NCBI RefSeq assembly: GCF_008831285.2
Contig: NC_045138.2
Span: 5,704,001-5,768,000, forward strand
Reading direction: 5' to 3'
DNA length: 64,000 nucleotides
Source: Nymphaea colorata
Taxonomy: Eukaryota
Of this stretch, positions 38,354 through 52,467 are shown one piece after another (position 1 is the stretch's first letter; each line of letters begins with the position of its first letter). The translations under genes were made by a program, and so were the position numbers. A model generated the notes under the pieces. It ran no database searches. It was not told the DNA's origin and was given only the letters and a program-made list of their open reading frames with translations.

Positions 38354-41300
38354 TGTTAAGAAAAAAAGAAGACGGAAATTTAACGTGGTTCGGCCACTGG
38401 CCTACATCCACGAGAGAAGAAAACTCTCACTCACTCACTGTATTCCTTTCACCTAATACACAGGCCTTATAATGATACAAGGTAAGGTTCCAACATGTAA
38501 AGATAAACACGTTAACAGCTATTTTCCCGATTGGATGACTCATCCATAACAGGGCAAGAAAAACAAGGAAGGAAAGTTAGATAAGGAAAATCTAGATAAG
38601 GCAAGATCACCTTCAACAACTTGCTATAATTTTGGTAGACATTGGTGAAGATATCCTTTCCTTTCAACACTCCCCCTCAAGTGGGGAGTAAAGATTCCAG
38701 CAGCCCCACTTGACTTTGATTTCATTAAAATGCTTGATCGTGAGTCCCTTGGTAAGACCATCAACCAATTGATTGCAGCTCTTGACATAGGGGGTACATA
38801 TATCTTTCTATTGCACTTTTTCCCTTACATAATGACAGTCGATTTCCAAATGCTTTGTTCGTTCATGAAATACCGAATTTGCAGCAATGTGAATGGCAGT
38901 CTGGTTGTCACAAAACAAGGAATAGAATAATCAACCTTGAAGCCAAGTTCTTGAACGAAATTCCTTACCCAAATGATTTCGCTAGCAGCAGTGGCCATAG
39001 ATCATTATTCAGCTTCTGCGCTTGACCTTGAAACAGTGTTTTGTTTCTTACTTTTCCATGAAACTAAATTGCCTCCAAAAAATACACAATAACCTGTTAT
39101 AGATTTTCTATCCACTCCTCTTGCTCAATCTGCGTCAGAATAGCCCTTGATGTCAATGTTTCCATTTATGTTATACCACAATCCCTGACCGGCAGTTTTC
39201 TTAAGATATCTCAAAACTCGATCCACCATTTTAACGTGTCTGGGTTTCGGAGCATGTATATGTTGACTGATCAAACTTACACCAAAGGTAATATCGGGTC
39301 TGGTCACTGTAAGATAAATAAATTTTCCGACCAATCTGTGATACCTACTTATATCCTCAATGACTTCACTTTCAGGATCCTCTAGCTTGCAATAAGGATC
39401 AATAGGCTGTCAATAGGCTTGGACTCGAGTTTTCCAATCTCCTTGAGCAGATCGAGGATATGCTTGCATTGAGACAGATAAATACATTTCTTTGATCTAG
39501 AGATTTCAATGCCCAAAAAGTATTTAAGTCTTCCCAAATCTTTGATCTCAAAGGCTTTGTGAAGAAATTTTTTCGTCTTAAGCATGGTATCTAGATCATT
39601 TCCAGTGATGATGATGTCGTCAACACATATGAGAACAATTACCACATTTTCTCCAGTTCTCCTAATGAAGACAGAATTGTCTGTATGGCAGCGGGAAAAA
39701 TGTTTCATTTCAAGAGCTTCACTCAATTTTTGATGTCATGCTCTAGGTGATTGTTTCAGCCCATAAATAGTAGACCAACCGGAAGTTGTTTTCTTGAGGA
39801 TGACCCGAAGGGAGATGCATGAACACTTCTTTATTTAGATAGCCTTGTAGGAAGGCATTTTTGACGTCGAGCTGAAATAATGGCCAACCAAAATTACATG
39901 CCATAGAAAGTAAAATTTGTATGGTATTCATTTTCGCTACTTGTGTGAAGGTTTCCTTATAGTCTAGCCCTAGAGTCTGTGTGTATCCCTTAGCAACTAG
40001 CCTGGCCTTGTGTCTCTCTATGGAACCGTCACTGTTGTATTTGGTTTTGTATATCCACTTACAACCAACAACTCTCTTGTTCTCTGGTAAAATTGTAATA
40101 TCCCAAGTGTGATTTTTCAGTAGAGCATTCACTTCTTCATTCATCGCTTCAACCCAAATAGATTGTTGTTTTGCTTCTTGATAAGTGCTGGGGTCATGGT
40201 CGCTAGCGATAGGGCTTCAAAACGCAACATGTCTCTTGGAAAGATGTTGGTAATGAAGATACTTATCGATAGGGTACTCACCGGCAGCAAACATTACACA
40301 CTCATCAAGATACTTGGGGCGTTGTGTTGTTCTTCCAGATCTTCTAAACTTACTTTCTTCTTGAACTTGACTTAGTTCAGGTTGTGAGATGTTTTCCTCA
40401 AGGTGTTCAATAGGTTCAAGCTGCTGATCAGCTGAATGATGAGTAGAAATCACAACATTAAATTCCTTGTAGTCGTCTATACAAGGTTGTGTGAAGCTTC
40501 CTCCCCCTGCCCAACATAATCAATAGGGTGAAAGAAGGGAGTTTTTTCATGAAACACCACATCACGAGAAATGAACAGACGACTATTCTTAACATCGTAG
40601 CACTTGTACCCCTTTTTTGAGGAGGAGTAACCTAGAAAAACACATTTAGTAGCTCTAGGACTTAATTTGTCGCCCTCTAAATTTTTCACGTATATTGTGC
40701 ACCCAAAAACACGCATGTGAGAGATGTTTAATTTTCTTTGCATTAACATTTCAAGAGGTGCCTTACCATGTAGCCCCTTTGAGGGAGAGCAATTTATAAT
40801 ATAACACGTCGTAAGTACGTCATCACTCCAAAAACGCTTGGGCATATTCATTTGAAACAAGAGAGATCTTGTTACCTCTAGAATGTGTCTATTTTTCTGT
40901 TCGGAGACACCATATTGCTGGGGCGTTCCAACACAAGAATACTGATGAATAATACAATGTTCCTTCTCAAAGATATCAAACTGGTGATTTTTAAATTCTG
41001 TCCCATTGTCAAACCGAAAAACTTTAACATGTGCTCCATACTGGACTTCAATCAACTTGTAGAATTCCTTGAACTTGGAAAACACCTCATCTTTATAAAT
41101 AAATCCAAGTGAAACAGGAAAAGTCATCAATGAATAACATATAATATTTGAAATTGGAATAAGAATCCATAGGTGCAGGGCCCCACAAATCAGAGTGATA
41201 TAACTCAAAAGGAATACTAAACTTGCTTTTAGAGTGAGAAAAAGGTAATCTTGTCATTTTTGCCAGTTTGCATATCTCACAAAGGTCGGAATCAAATTGC

Positions 41301-43136
41301 AAACTAGAAAATAAAATTTTTAAAGGTTTACTCGAAATATGTCTGAGGCATTGGTGCCACATTGAGCCATCGTCTTGCACCTTTGCTGAGAGAGCTTGCA
41401 TTTTATCTTCTAAAATGTATATGTCACGGTCCATGTGACCTTCACCAATATTCTTCTTCGTCACTAAGTCCTTGAGTATCACATTAGAAGGTGAAAAAAT
41501 AACCTCACAATTCAGGTCTCTAGTGGTTTTGGAGAAAGATAGTAGATTAGAAGACAAATCAGGCATGTATAGGACCTTGAAAGTGTAAGAGGAATCAAAG
41601 GACCGTAAATTTCCAATGCTTTCAACATTTATGTGTGACCCATTGGCTATAGTAACAGTAGTGTATATTTGTGGAGGAGTAATATCATGTAAAACAGAGC
41701 TATTCATGGTCATATGTTCGTTGGCCCCTGAATCGACAATCCACTAGTTAGGGATGAGCATACGTTTGTTTTCTGCGGCAGAGTTTAACTGGGTTGAGGC
41801 AGCAACAGTAGATTGAGTTCCTTTGACACTTTCAAGCAATTCATTGATTTTTCCTAGAATTATAGGAAGTTCCAGGGTGTCTTATTTTTCATTTGTTGTG
41901 GCGACTTTGGCACTTGGCGTAGCATCCTTAGGTTTGTCAACCCTCTTTCTATCATTAGGTCTCCCATAAATATCCCAGCAACGGTCACGAGTGTGACCAT
42001 CCTTTTTGCAGTAAGTGCAGAATCGTTTGGATCTCATTCTGCCTTTAAGATCTTGAGTACTGAAGTTGTTTGCAATGAAGGCAGTCCTTTCGGTTTGTTC
42101 TGCTTCACTAATTCCAAACGAAGAATTCATCACAAGTTTTCTAGATTCATCACATAAGAGAAGAGAACATATCGTAGGTAGGGGCAAACGAATAGGAGAC
42201 ATAAGAATCTGCTTCCTTGTAGATTCATACTCGGGTCTGAGACTGGCCAGACGTTCAAATATTTTTTGTTGTTCACGAATCTTTTCTTTTGAGCTCAATC
42301 TTTCGGACATGGCCATAAGATAGTCCAACTCGTCCCATTTTCCCTGTTGTTCCCCCAAATGCTCGTTAAGAGATTGACTTTCCTTTTTTGTGTTGCGGAT
42401 GCTTTGGGACAGGTGAAACATGCGAGCAGGTTGTTTTTTTTCGCCATATAGATTCTTGGCCTTCTTCCACATTTGAGACGCAGTTTCAGCAAAAAAGAAT
42501 CCCTCCGCAATCTTGGGCTCCATGGAATTGAGGAGCCAAGACATGACAAGATGATTATTGGATCTCCATTCCTTGTAGGATGAGTCGTTCTCGTTGGGCT
42601 TGGGAAGATCATGGTTGACATAGTCCTGCTTCGATTTGCCACTGAGGTAGAACATAGCCGACTTGGACCAAGCCAAGTAATTTGAGCCATTAGCCAAACG
42701 GAGGAGATTCTGTTGCCCGAATTTGAGCATTCTTGAACGACGATTTTCTCCATCATCTGGGTCATGGAGAAATGCCTGTAACAACCAGGAAGAAGAAGGA
42801 ACACACCTAACGCTTTGATACCATGTTGGAATGTTAAGAAGAAAAGAAGACGGAAATTTAACGTGGTTCGGCCACTGGCCTACATCCACGAGAGAAGAAA
42901 AAACTCTCACTCTCTATATTCCTTTCACCAAATACACAAGTCTTATAATCATACAAGGTAAGGTCCCAACGTTACACGTTAACAGCTATTTTCTCGATTG
43001 GATGACTCATCCATAACATGGCAAGAAAAACTAGGAAGAAAAGTTAGATAAGGAAAATCTAGATAAGACAAGATCACCTTCAACAACTTGCTATAATTTT
43101 GGTAGACGTTGGTAAAGATATCTTTTCCTTTCAACA
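38354..43136 (-). mobile_element. Full-length but mutated Ty1/copia element (short, Ale-like), ~4.8 kb
   Basis: LTRs at 38354-38669 and 42824/42832-43136; PBS TGGTATCAAAGC at 42812-42823; PPT GAGGGGGAG next to 38670; gag with CTYCKKDGHTRDRC, protease WIVDSGA, integrase, RT (QLDVKNAFL), RNase H (YSDAD); TSD ATGTC / ATGTG; many stops and frameshifts. Confidence 0.95.
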
Positions 43137-46012
43137 ATGTGATAATTTAATCCGTGTCATTGAATGCTCCTTTTGTTTGCCGCAACGCCCTGCGCTACAG
43201 AATGCGTTAACCTAAGGCATTTTGTTTCGGCACCACCCTGTAATCGACTTCTGTCGCGGATCGATTGCGCCATATTATATTCCCGTGAAAATGTTCCGTT
43301 CCGGTCGATTCCCGCGGAATGTTACAGTTCCGTTCGATTCCCTATCGCTCGTTTTCTGGTGAGATTTGTTTTTCTGACGAGTGACGACCTAACCCTATCT
43401 TTCACCGCTCCGCCCTTCGATCCTCTTGCTCAACTCCTCTCCCGGCGGCAATGCCTTGATCGACGCCTGTTGTTCAGGCGTTCCAGCGAGCTGCTTCTCT
43501 CCTCCTCCGTGTGGCTCAACGTCCTTTCTCCTCCGCTCACCTGGTTTTTTCAACATCCTCAGGCACCTTTATGTGATTTTGGGGCCAGCCAGCTTCATCG
43601 CTTCTCTTCTGTCGTTGTCGTCTTGCTTCTCTGCGATATCTTCACGGTAAATGTGGATTATTGGTTCATTTTTCTGCGAAAGGGACATCAGATTGAGAAA
43701 GTGTGCTAATTTATCCTCTCGTTCCCTGGCTTTTTTGTGCAAATGGCTGCATGAACATACGAGAAGTTCATTTTTTTGGGGCGTTTGATTGATTCAGATA
43801 TGAAATACTTAAATCTGATGTGGATGTATATGACGTGACATGCTTTGGCTGATGTGGTTAAAGATTCATGGTAAAATTCGTGAGAAAAAGGCAGATTTAA
43901 GATCAAAAGGAGAGAGTCGGATCTTAAATCTATTGTTCTTAGAACTTAAGTCCTAAGAATATCAAATCCAAGGCCATTAAATACTCCCTTATTGACTAAG
44001 GGAGTGTTTAATCATCACGGACCTCGCTGATGTTGCGAAGCAAGTTTTTAGATTCTTTATCCATTTGGCTTCTTTTTTATGCCAAGTAGAAAGGCAGATT
44101 TTGGAAATAGGAATTCATTAACGAACTAAGTAAGTTCTTTTATGTGTTCAATGCAGTAGTAGGTAGAAATTCAATTCCTTGCAAATAGTCCATATTTTCA
44201 AAGATTTGAGAAGCGACATTCAGAAAAAGAAAACGTATATATATATATGCATATAAGATAAAAACAAAAGTATTTACTGAATTAAATAAAAACATATACA
44301 TAATTTTGCCAAATGCTACAATTTGTGAATAGAAATACTGAAATTCAAAAATATCAATTTTGCAGAAAATATCCAATTCACAAAATAGCAATTTTATCGA
44401 CAATTTCACTGGCATCAAGCCATGCTCACCAAAAGTATCCCCACTTTCTCTTTCCATAGACATGGGAAAATAGTTCCAAAAATTTATTGGCTTTTGAGAC
44501 TTTAAAACTTTTGAGGGCACTTGGTAATGGGAACAATGACATTCAATTTCATATATCTACCTTAAAATTTTGATCGGATTTATGAAACATTATAACATAT
44601 TATTTATAACATATTGTTTCTTGAATCTGTTTCAATCTTTAGGGCAAACTCAAGAAACAATATCAATTTGTTCTTATTATCAATAAGGATATCAATATAT
44701 TTAATTTGGATCCGATATCCGACTGAACCAATAAAAAAATCAGACACAAAAAAGAGTAATATATTATTAAAAAATCTGAACGGATTCAGATTCAAAAAAT
44801 GGAATCCGATTGGATTGGGACCGGATTTGTTTTCAAACAAATGTCTTATATTTAATTCTCTTGCGTTTTGAAAATTGGCAAAATTTGATTCAAAATTCGG
44901 ATATGAATATAAAAGTTGGATTCAAATTTGGATTAGAGTTTGAATATGTGAATATTCGAGAAACAGATATGGTTAAGGGTATATTTAATTCAAAGCCAAT
45001 CCATTAAGGCGCCGACGTCCTTATAAAAACCCAATGGAAAAATCTGTCAACAGAACTAAACGCTTGCAAGATGAGTTTTAATTTTTATGGCCTTTAAGGG
45101 GCTAATTAACTTGTCATGGTTGATAAAATAACGATTTGAAAATGTTTTTCTACTCTTTGAAGCATTTTGGCTCCATAGGTAAGCTCCCTATTGCTCACTC
45201 CTGTTTCTTTGGGCAAAAGCCATAATATTTTTTTTTTTTTTTGTCAAGGAGCACTCATTCAAGAAAATAATAGACATAATAAAAAGATTAAAGAGCATTA
45301 AGCAAATAATTAAGGGCCATACATATACAAATAAATAGGAAAATAAACAAAATGTGTGAGACAGTGAGGGATTCTACATGATCCATGGCATACTGTTTAT
45401 TTATCCTTTCGAGAATTCTTATTAACCTTCAAGAAAATGAGTCCGTTCTTGTTCTGACATTTAATTTTTTCATTATATATTTTATATTTCTTGACTCTAA
45501 AGTTTATGAGGCTTCCACAGCAACTCTTTACGGGAAATATTCAAAAAAACAATTCCTCGTTAAAAGTGGATACTTTAAGAGAAGAAGTGAAATTACGAAA
45601 AAGTGTTTTAAGGTTAAGTAAACAATAAAGAATGGTTCGAGTTTTCAAAGTTGACAAACACGCTGTCAACTTTTGAATGATTAATTAAAACCAGCAGACC
45701 GATAAAAAAATATATACTTTTTGCAAATAAAATGGTGAAAACTACCCTTAGTAAAGAACCACTCGTACGTCCTTTCGCTGACTAAATTAAGATATTTTTT
45801 TGTATTTAAGGGAAGACTTCTGTCATGTTCTATCCAAATTAAAAGTTGAACACCTATTTGTTAACCTTAAAAACAACGTAGTATTGACTTCTGGATTTTC
45901 CAAATATTAAGTATTTTTTATTATTTAAAAAAAAAAGCACTCTAATGGGCCCTTAACAAAAGGCAGTCATTGTGTCAACAACTTTAGAGTTAACTTATTC
46001 ATTTACATGGTT

Positions 46013-46421
46013 TAGGGATGTCAACCGATCGGATTTAGATTATATAAATCATTAATTATATCTATTTTTTCATATATTCATATATTCGGATTTGAATTTG
46101 GATTTGAATTCTAATAAAGAAAAGTCACATCTGAATCTGAATCCAAAATCTGATTTTACGATTCGAATCTGATTTTTTATATTTGTATTAAAATCTAATT
46201 ATTGAACCGGATTTTGCTAATTTTAAAATTTTAATAGCATTAGATACAAGATATTTGCCTAAAAATGAATCTGATCTGAATCCATATGCGAATCCGGTCA
46301 GATATTTATACATACATCTGAATCCGGATTGGATGCCATTATAAAAAAAAATTCATATCTAATTTTTTCAGATCGGATTGGTCGGATATCCAATTCAAAC
46401 CCAGATATATTGATATCCCTA
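46013..46421. mobile_element. MITE (GGAT/ATCC-rich family)
   Basis: TIRs TAGGGATGTCAA / TTGATATCCCTA; same family as 52096-52467. TSD not clear. Confidence 0.75.
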
Positions 46422-47100
46422 AATGGGTCACTTGAATTTCAAATCTAATTATTGAACCGGATTTTGCTAATTTAAAAAATTTAGTAACATTAGATACAAG
46501 ATATTTGCCTAAAAATGAATCTGATCTGAATCCATATGCGAATCCGGTCAGATATTTATACATACATCTGAATCCGGATTGGATGCCATTATAAAAAAAA
46601 ATTCATATCTAATTTTTTCAGATCGGATTGGTCGGATATCCAATTCAAACCCAGATATATTGATATCCCTAAATGGGTCACTTGAATTTCAAATCTAATT
46701 ATTGAACCGGATTTTGCTAATTTAAAAAATTTAGTAACATTAGATACAAGATATTTGCCTAAAAATGAATCTGATCTGAATCCATATGCGAATCCGGTCA
46801 GATATTTATACATACATCTGAATCCGGATTGGATGCCATTATAAAAAAAATTCATATCCAATTTTTTCAGATCGGATTGGTCGGATATCCAATTCAAACC
46901 CGGATATATTGATATCCCTAAATGGGTCACTTGAATTTCAAATCTAATTAGTGAACCGGATTTTGCCAATTTTAAAAATTTAATAGCACTAGATACAAGA
47001 TATTTACCTAAAAATGAATCTGATCTGAATCCATATGCGAATCGGGTCAGATATTTATACATACATCTGAATCCGGATTGGATGCCATTATAAAAAAAAA
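46191..47100. repeat. 250-bp tandem array, ~3.6 near-identical copies
   Basis: AAATCTAATTA(T/G)TGAACCGG at 46191, 46441, 46691 and 46940. Confidence 0.95.
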
Positions 47101-47365
47101 AATCATGATCAATGTGTCCTTCTTTTTCTTGTTGTATGTGACTGTGCTGTACTCTACCCAGAAATTTTCTTATTTTTTTGTGGAAAATACTCGTTGTGAG
47201 AGGAAAAAGTGTCTGAAACAAACAACAAGTCCTGCGAAACACACACATTATTGGTCAAAGTTTGGAAGAATACAGCTAATCAGCTAAATGTGCCAAAGGA
47301 AAAACAGCACATAAATCAAGAAAAAGAAAAAAAAAAGATATTTAACTTGCAGACAAGCTTCCAAG

Positions 47366-47785
47366 TATGGCTGCACAACTAGCCGAGCAAACTCGGACTC
47401 AGCTCGAACTCGCTTGAAAAAACTCGACTAGTTTATAAACAAGTCGAGTTCGAGCTTACAGTGATACTTGAAACCATAAATGAGTCGAGTTCAAGCTTCA
47501 GGAACTCGACTCGTTTATACTCACTCTATACAATATTGTCAAAACCGCTTTCAAAAGTTATACGAGTTAAATGAGTTACACGAGTTAATGTTTACACGAA
47601 TTAACGCCTAAACGAGTTAAATGGGTTAAACAAGTCGAGTTCGAGCTCGAATTTATGTAATCGAGTCAAGCTCGAGCCGAGCTCGAGCTCGAGTTTTTTT
47701 AGCCGAGCCGAGCTTGAGCTCGAGTTTTTTTAGCCAAGTCGAGTTCGAGCTGGCCAAGGTTCGACTAGGCTCATGTGCAGCCCTA
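47366..47785. mobile_element. hAT-type MITE (CTCGAG-rich family)
   Basis: TIRs TATGGCTGCACA / TGTGCAGCCCTA; TSD CTTCCAAG / CTTGCAAG. Confidence 0.85.
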
Positions 47786-48171
47786 CTTGCAAGTTATATA
47801 TAATAGAATACGAGGAGAACCACTGCCCGCCTTGGCATGTGATCCGCATCCTTTTAAATGTGAGGCATTATAGATCCTGGATCTCAGAGATCCTGATCTA
47901 AGATTTATGGGTTCTGTATCTTGATTTTATGGCGATATTTATTATTTCTTGACTCTGACCATTAAAACTCGAGCTCACGTTCCATTGTCATGGAGAGGAT
48001 GTCGTCTCCATATTAAAATCAAGCAATCACTCATGGTCAGAAAATTGAAAACTTTGGTCACTTGTTGTATAATTGCTTTATATTTGAGATTGAATAAAGG
48101 AAGACGGTGAACGAGAAGTCCGATTTTATTACTTTAACTTTTGTGTGTAAGTACGGTGCACGATTCATGAG

Positions 48172-48679
48172 TAGGGCTGTTCAATGAATCGAGTTAACTC
48201 AACTCACTCGATAAACTCTACTCAATAAACTCTGCTCAAGCTTGACTTGTTTCATAAATGAGTCGAATTCGAGTTAAGTGGGTTTGGCTCCGGAGTTTAA
48301 ACAAGTCAAATTCGAGTTTAAGTGGGTTGGGCTTGGATAAGATCCGGTAAAGTCAAAAAACAAAAAAAAATATATACATAAAGTGTCTCGTAATGTCTAC
48401 AAAAAAAGTAGATTCTCTTCACTCGAAAACGTGAGGTTTAGTGTTCAAGTCCCCATACCGCCTTTTTTCTTGACAACTAAAATATTTTTATAAAATGTTG
48501 GGCTTAGCTCAAGCCGATCATCAGCTCAAGCAAAATTCAAGTTTTTAAAACTCGAGCCGGGCTGAGCTCAAGTTAATGACTTCCAACTCGGCTCAAGCTC
48601 GAGCTATGTTCAAGTTTTGTCTAAACTATTCGAGCTGAGTTTGAGACAGCTCAGCTTGAGCCCTTCTCATGAAGCCCTG
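48172..48679. mobile_element. hAT-type MITE (CTCGAG-rich family)
   Basis: TAGGGCT...AGCCCTG termini; perfect TSD TTCATGAG. Confidence 0.85.
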
Positions 48680-49449
48680 TTCATGAGGAGCCAAAGCTGT
48701 CCCTTTTCCATTGTCATTAGAGTCCAAGGCTGCCTAGGTGTTTGATGGATCACATAAGATTTATTCTGAACTTACCATATCCTCTTTTTTTGGATGTTCA
48801 AATATTCAAATGTGAATGAAGAAAAAAGTCATATTTGAATCTACATCTGAAATCCAATTTTACAATCCACATCTAGTGATCAGATCTCATTTCTTAAACC
48901 CGAATCTAGTCTGATTTCTTAATTAAATATTTTTTTTTTTGTATCCTATTTTTTCAAAAAGATTCGGCTGCATATCTGACCTAAATCTAATATATTAACA
49001 TCTATGAGGACAAAACACCTTTAACAGGGGACCATGCACCGCCCTCTGACTCATAAAAAAACAAATTGACGACAATGCGATCTGCATGCCCATCAGCCCA
49101 ACCAACTGTGTTGTGCCCCTCGAATCAAATCAAATGTATTTTACATCTTGTTTTGTGGAGTGATCTAAAGTCAACCTACTTAGCCAAGCAGATGGAGCCC
49201 TCGTGGATCGAATCAGTCAAATTGATGCCTACTTGTCCAAGTGGAGATAACATGAATCAAACTCCACAAGTCCAACTAACTAGACCAAGTTGTTTTGGGG
49301 TGAACAAATAAGTAATAATAATAAAAATAATAATAATAATAGCACATATTTGAATAATGTCTTCTCTACTCTATACAAACCTTATACCTTCACTCTATAG
49401 ATCAACGTAAATAGATATAGATGTATACATACACTCATACACGCGCACA

Positions 49450-49618
49450 CAGTGGCGGAGCCAGCACAGTCCAACTTCTGGATCCGGGTAGGACCAAACT
49501 GAATTTAAATCTAAAAAATACATAGAGTGATTAAAAAATAATATTTTTTTCATTGTAAAAGTTTTTTTTTTCATTGGCCAGGGTGGGGCCATGGCCTAGG
49601 TGCCCCCCTCTGCCCCTG
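49450..49618. mobile_element. Small hAT-type MITE (CAGTGGCGGA family)
   Basis: TIRs CAGTGGCGGAG / CTCTGCCCCTG; perfect 8-bp TSD CGCGCACA. Confidence 0.85.
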
Positions 49619-50344
49619 CGCGCACACACACACACATATATATATATATCTAGCATAGTTGATGAATGACTAAAATTTTCTTGAATTGATCATAAGATCA
49701 CTATAACCCATCGCCACATTATAAACCTTCACTAATACCAATAGAGTAGTTGTTCTAAATTTTTAAATTTAAACTATTTGGCAATATCCACCATCATACA
49801 AGATTGAGTTGTTGAATCGCCCAACTCACTCATGAAGACAGTCTCATCCATTGTCACGAACAGTTTAGAGAAAAGTAAAACTCATGAAGACGGTCTGATC
49901 CATCGTCACAAACAGTTTAGAGAAAAGTAAAGAAAAAAAAAGTGATAGACATTTTTGTCACATAATATTATTTCACATTTTTTTATTATGTCTATTACAA
50001 TAAATCGAACTGCCCTTATAAGTGACCTGAGTGACACTGTGACACTGTGATATATACGAACTTATCGGCCTGATGTTCACTCATATATGAACTTAATACA
50101 GTTGAGTATGAGATATTTCTACTTGGGGTTTAAATTAAACCAACTTTCTTTTTATATAAAGTGGAAACAAAAGAGCCAACAAAAAAATGACAAAACCCTC
50201 AAATCAGATCCACCCATTTGTTTCCTGTCAAGCTTCAATTTGAAGCTAAACTTTACCAGTAGCTTTAGGCTTAAAACTCAGTCAAATGGAATAAGTTACA
50301 CAAAAGAATCAAACAGAAGTTCTCAAGTTGAGAAGACAAAACAG

Positions 50345-50386
<42 letters not shown>

Positions 50387-51499
50387 CAAAGAAATAACAT
50401 CATTTCCAACCAATTTTTAAATATACATGCATGAGATAGATGTGACTTACAGAAAGTTATTTATTATGTATGTCAAACCAATATGTCATTCTACCTTCGA
50501 CGGTAAAATGATGTATATAATAAAGTGCCCTTGAAGAGGGTTGATACTTGATAGTTGATGTCAACAAAAATGATATCTACAGTTTTTCAGAATTAATGTG
50601 GAAAGCTTGCCTTTTGAGTGCAAAATTTTCTATCAATTAATTTGCCCAAAAGTCTAGACAGAGAATTATAAAGTTGAATTGACGGTATAAATTTGTAGAA
50701 AATGCAGTTGACTGGTTGCTGTACGTGGTGTCCATATGCTGAACTATTCCAAATATTTAAAAAAATGAATGAATGAATGTTTGGTATTATATATTTTACA
50801 TGAACTAATAATACGTAGACTCCACGCAGCCGCAGTAATTCTTAAATTGCTCGAACACGCCCTTTACATGAAATAAATTACTAAATTGTGGTCGTTCACT
50901 TTTCCTAAAAAATAAAAGTTAAAATTTATAAGTTATCGAAGTTATTATTTTCCTCTTTCTTGTCAAAAAAATATATTAAATTTTGAAATCCAGAAAATCT
51001 AAAAATATTTAAAATTTCGAAAATTTGCCGTCAATTTAATTATTGTCAGCATTGATGCGAGTTCAGCTTGTATACAACCTTGACATTGCAATTAGCATGA
51101 CCATTTTTTTCATAATCCGGCTCGATGATGGGTGGAATTCACTTTGCACCCACCCTCTTCCCTAAAAAATAGAAAACAATATATTGTTTAATTTAAAACA
51201 ATAATTGGGTTAATGTAGAAATTTTGGAAAATATATTTGCTTTGTCGAAAGGTAAGTTTTTTTAATTGTTGTGCTTCTAAGGAAAAAAAATTTAGCTGCG
51301 ACATATGAGAAAAGTCTTTTTGCTTTTCCTTTGAGTGTAATTCCTAACAATGTTGTGAAATTCAATTTCTAAACCAATTTTTACGGCTATTGATTAATTG
51401 AGTTGGCCCACTTACCAATTTATGGATTCGGTCAAACATATTGAAAAGTCAGTTTTTAACAGAAAAATGAAAGATCTGAATAACAAGTAATTAAAAACT

Positions 51500-51944
51500 G
51501 TTGCATGTCAATTGATCGGATTCAATCAAATATATTTTTACCATATCCACTTTATTTGATGCTCGAATATTGGGATTTGAATGCAGATTTAACTGCAAAC
51601 AAAAAAATTATATGACATCTGAATTCGCAATCCAAATGCGGTTTGACTATGATTTTTTATCCAAATCTGAAACCATCTTTGAAACCAAATCCAAACTGCA
51701 TTTTCAATATGTTAAAGAACTGACTATCAAAAGGGATGGATATTAGATATATAATATTTATATTTAAATCAATATAAATACCAATCTAATCAAATATTTT
51801 TTTAAAATCTGAATCCAAATTTGAATCTGATTGGATATCATTTCTTAAATCCAATATAATTTGGTCATTGAAATTTTCTGTATCTAATTTTATGAAGGAG
51901 ATCACTAATATATCCAATTTAAGTTGGATTCACTGACATTCCTA
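51500..51944. mobile_element. Degenerate MITE (GGAT/ATCC family)
   Basis: ATGTCAA..GATCGGATT start and CTGACATTCCTA end, similar to 46013 and 52096. Further remnants near 34000-34270, 44560-45010, 48770-49005 and 55800-55990. Confidence 0.55.
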
Positions 51945-52095
51945 TGAGCACCCTTAAAGCAGCCGTAAAATTGAATTAGTTTGCCATCATGATATCTCAA
52001 TGTTGCTAAACTATTAGGTGCAGTTTTTTTTTTTGGTGAGTAGAAGGTTAACAACCACTACCCGAAGAAGTTCCCCTCACACAGGCTACGTTGGA

Positions 52096-52467
52096 TAGGA
52101 ATGTCAACGGATTAGATTTAGATCATTTTGATATATCCTTAATCATTTCCACTTTTTCGGATATTCATATGTTTGGATTCGAGTTCAAATGAAGAAAAGT
52201 CAAATCTGAATCCGAATTTTGAACATGATCTTGCCAATTTTCAAAATTTGGTAGCATTAGATATTGAATATTTGTCTAAAAATGAATCAAATCTGAATCC
52301 ATACCCGAATCTGATCGATATTTGAATCGGAATATAATCGGATGTCATTTATTAAATCTAAATCTGATCCTATTTCTTAATCGGATATTAAATTTTTTTT
52401 TATATCCTATTTTTTCGGATCGGATCGATCAGATATCCGATTCAAATTGGATATACTGACATCCCTA
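52096..52467. mobile_element. hAT-type MITE (GGAT/ATCC family)
   Basis: TIRs TAGGAATGTCAA / CTGACATCCCTA; TSD ACGTTGGA / ATGTTGGA. Confidence 0.85.

Noticed and set aside
43164..43709. 181-aa ORF
   Set aside because: Composition reflects GC/pyrimidine-rich DNA with few stops; no known motif. Reported only as a CpG-rich island.
46339..47248. 219-aa and 74-aa repetitive ORFs
   Set aside because: By-products of the 250-bp tandem array; the unit is not a multiple of 3 and no domain is recognisable.
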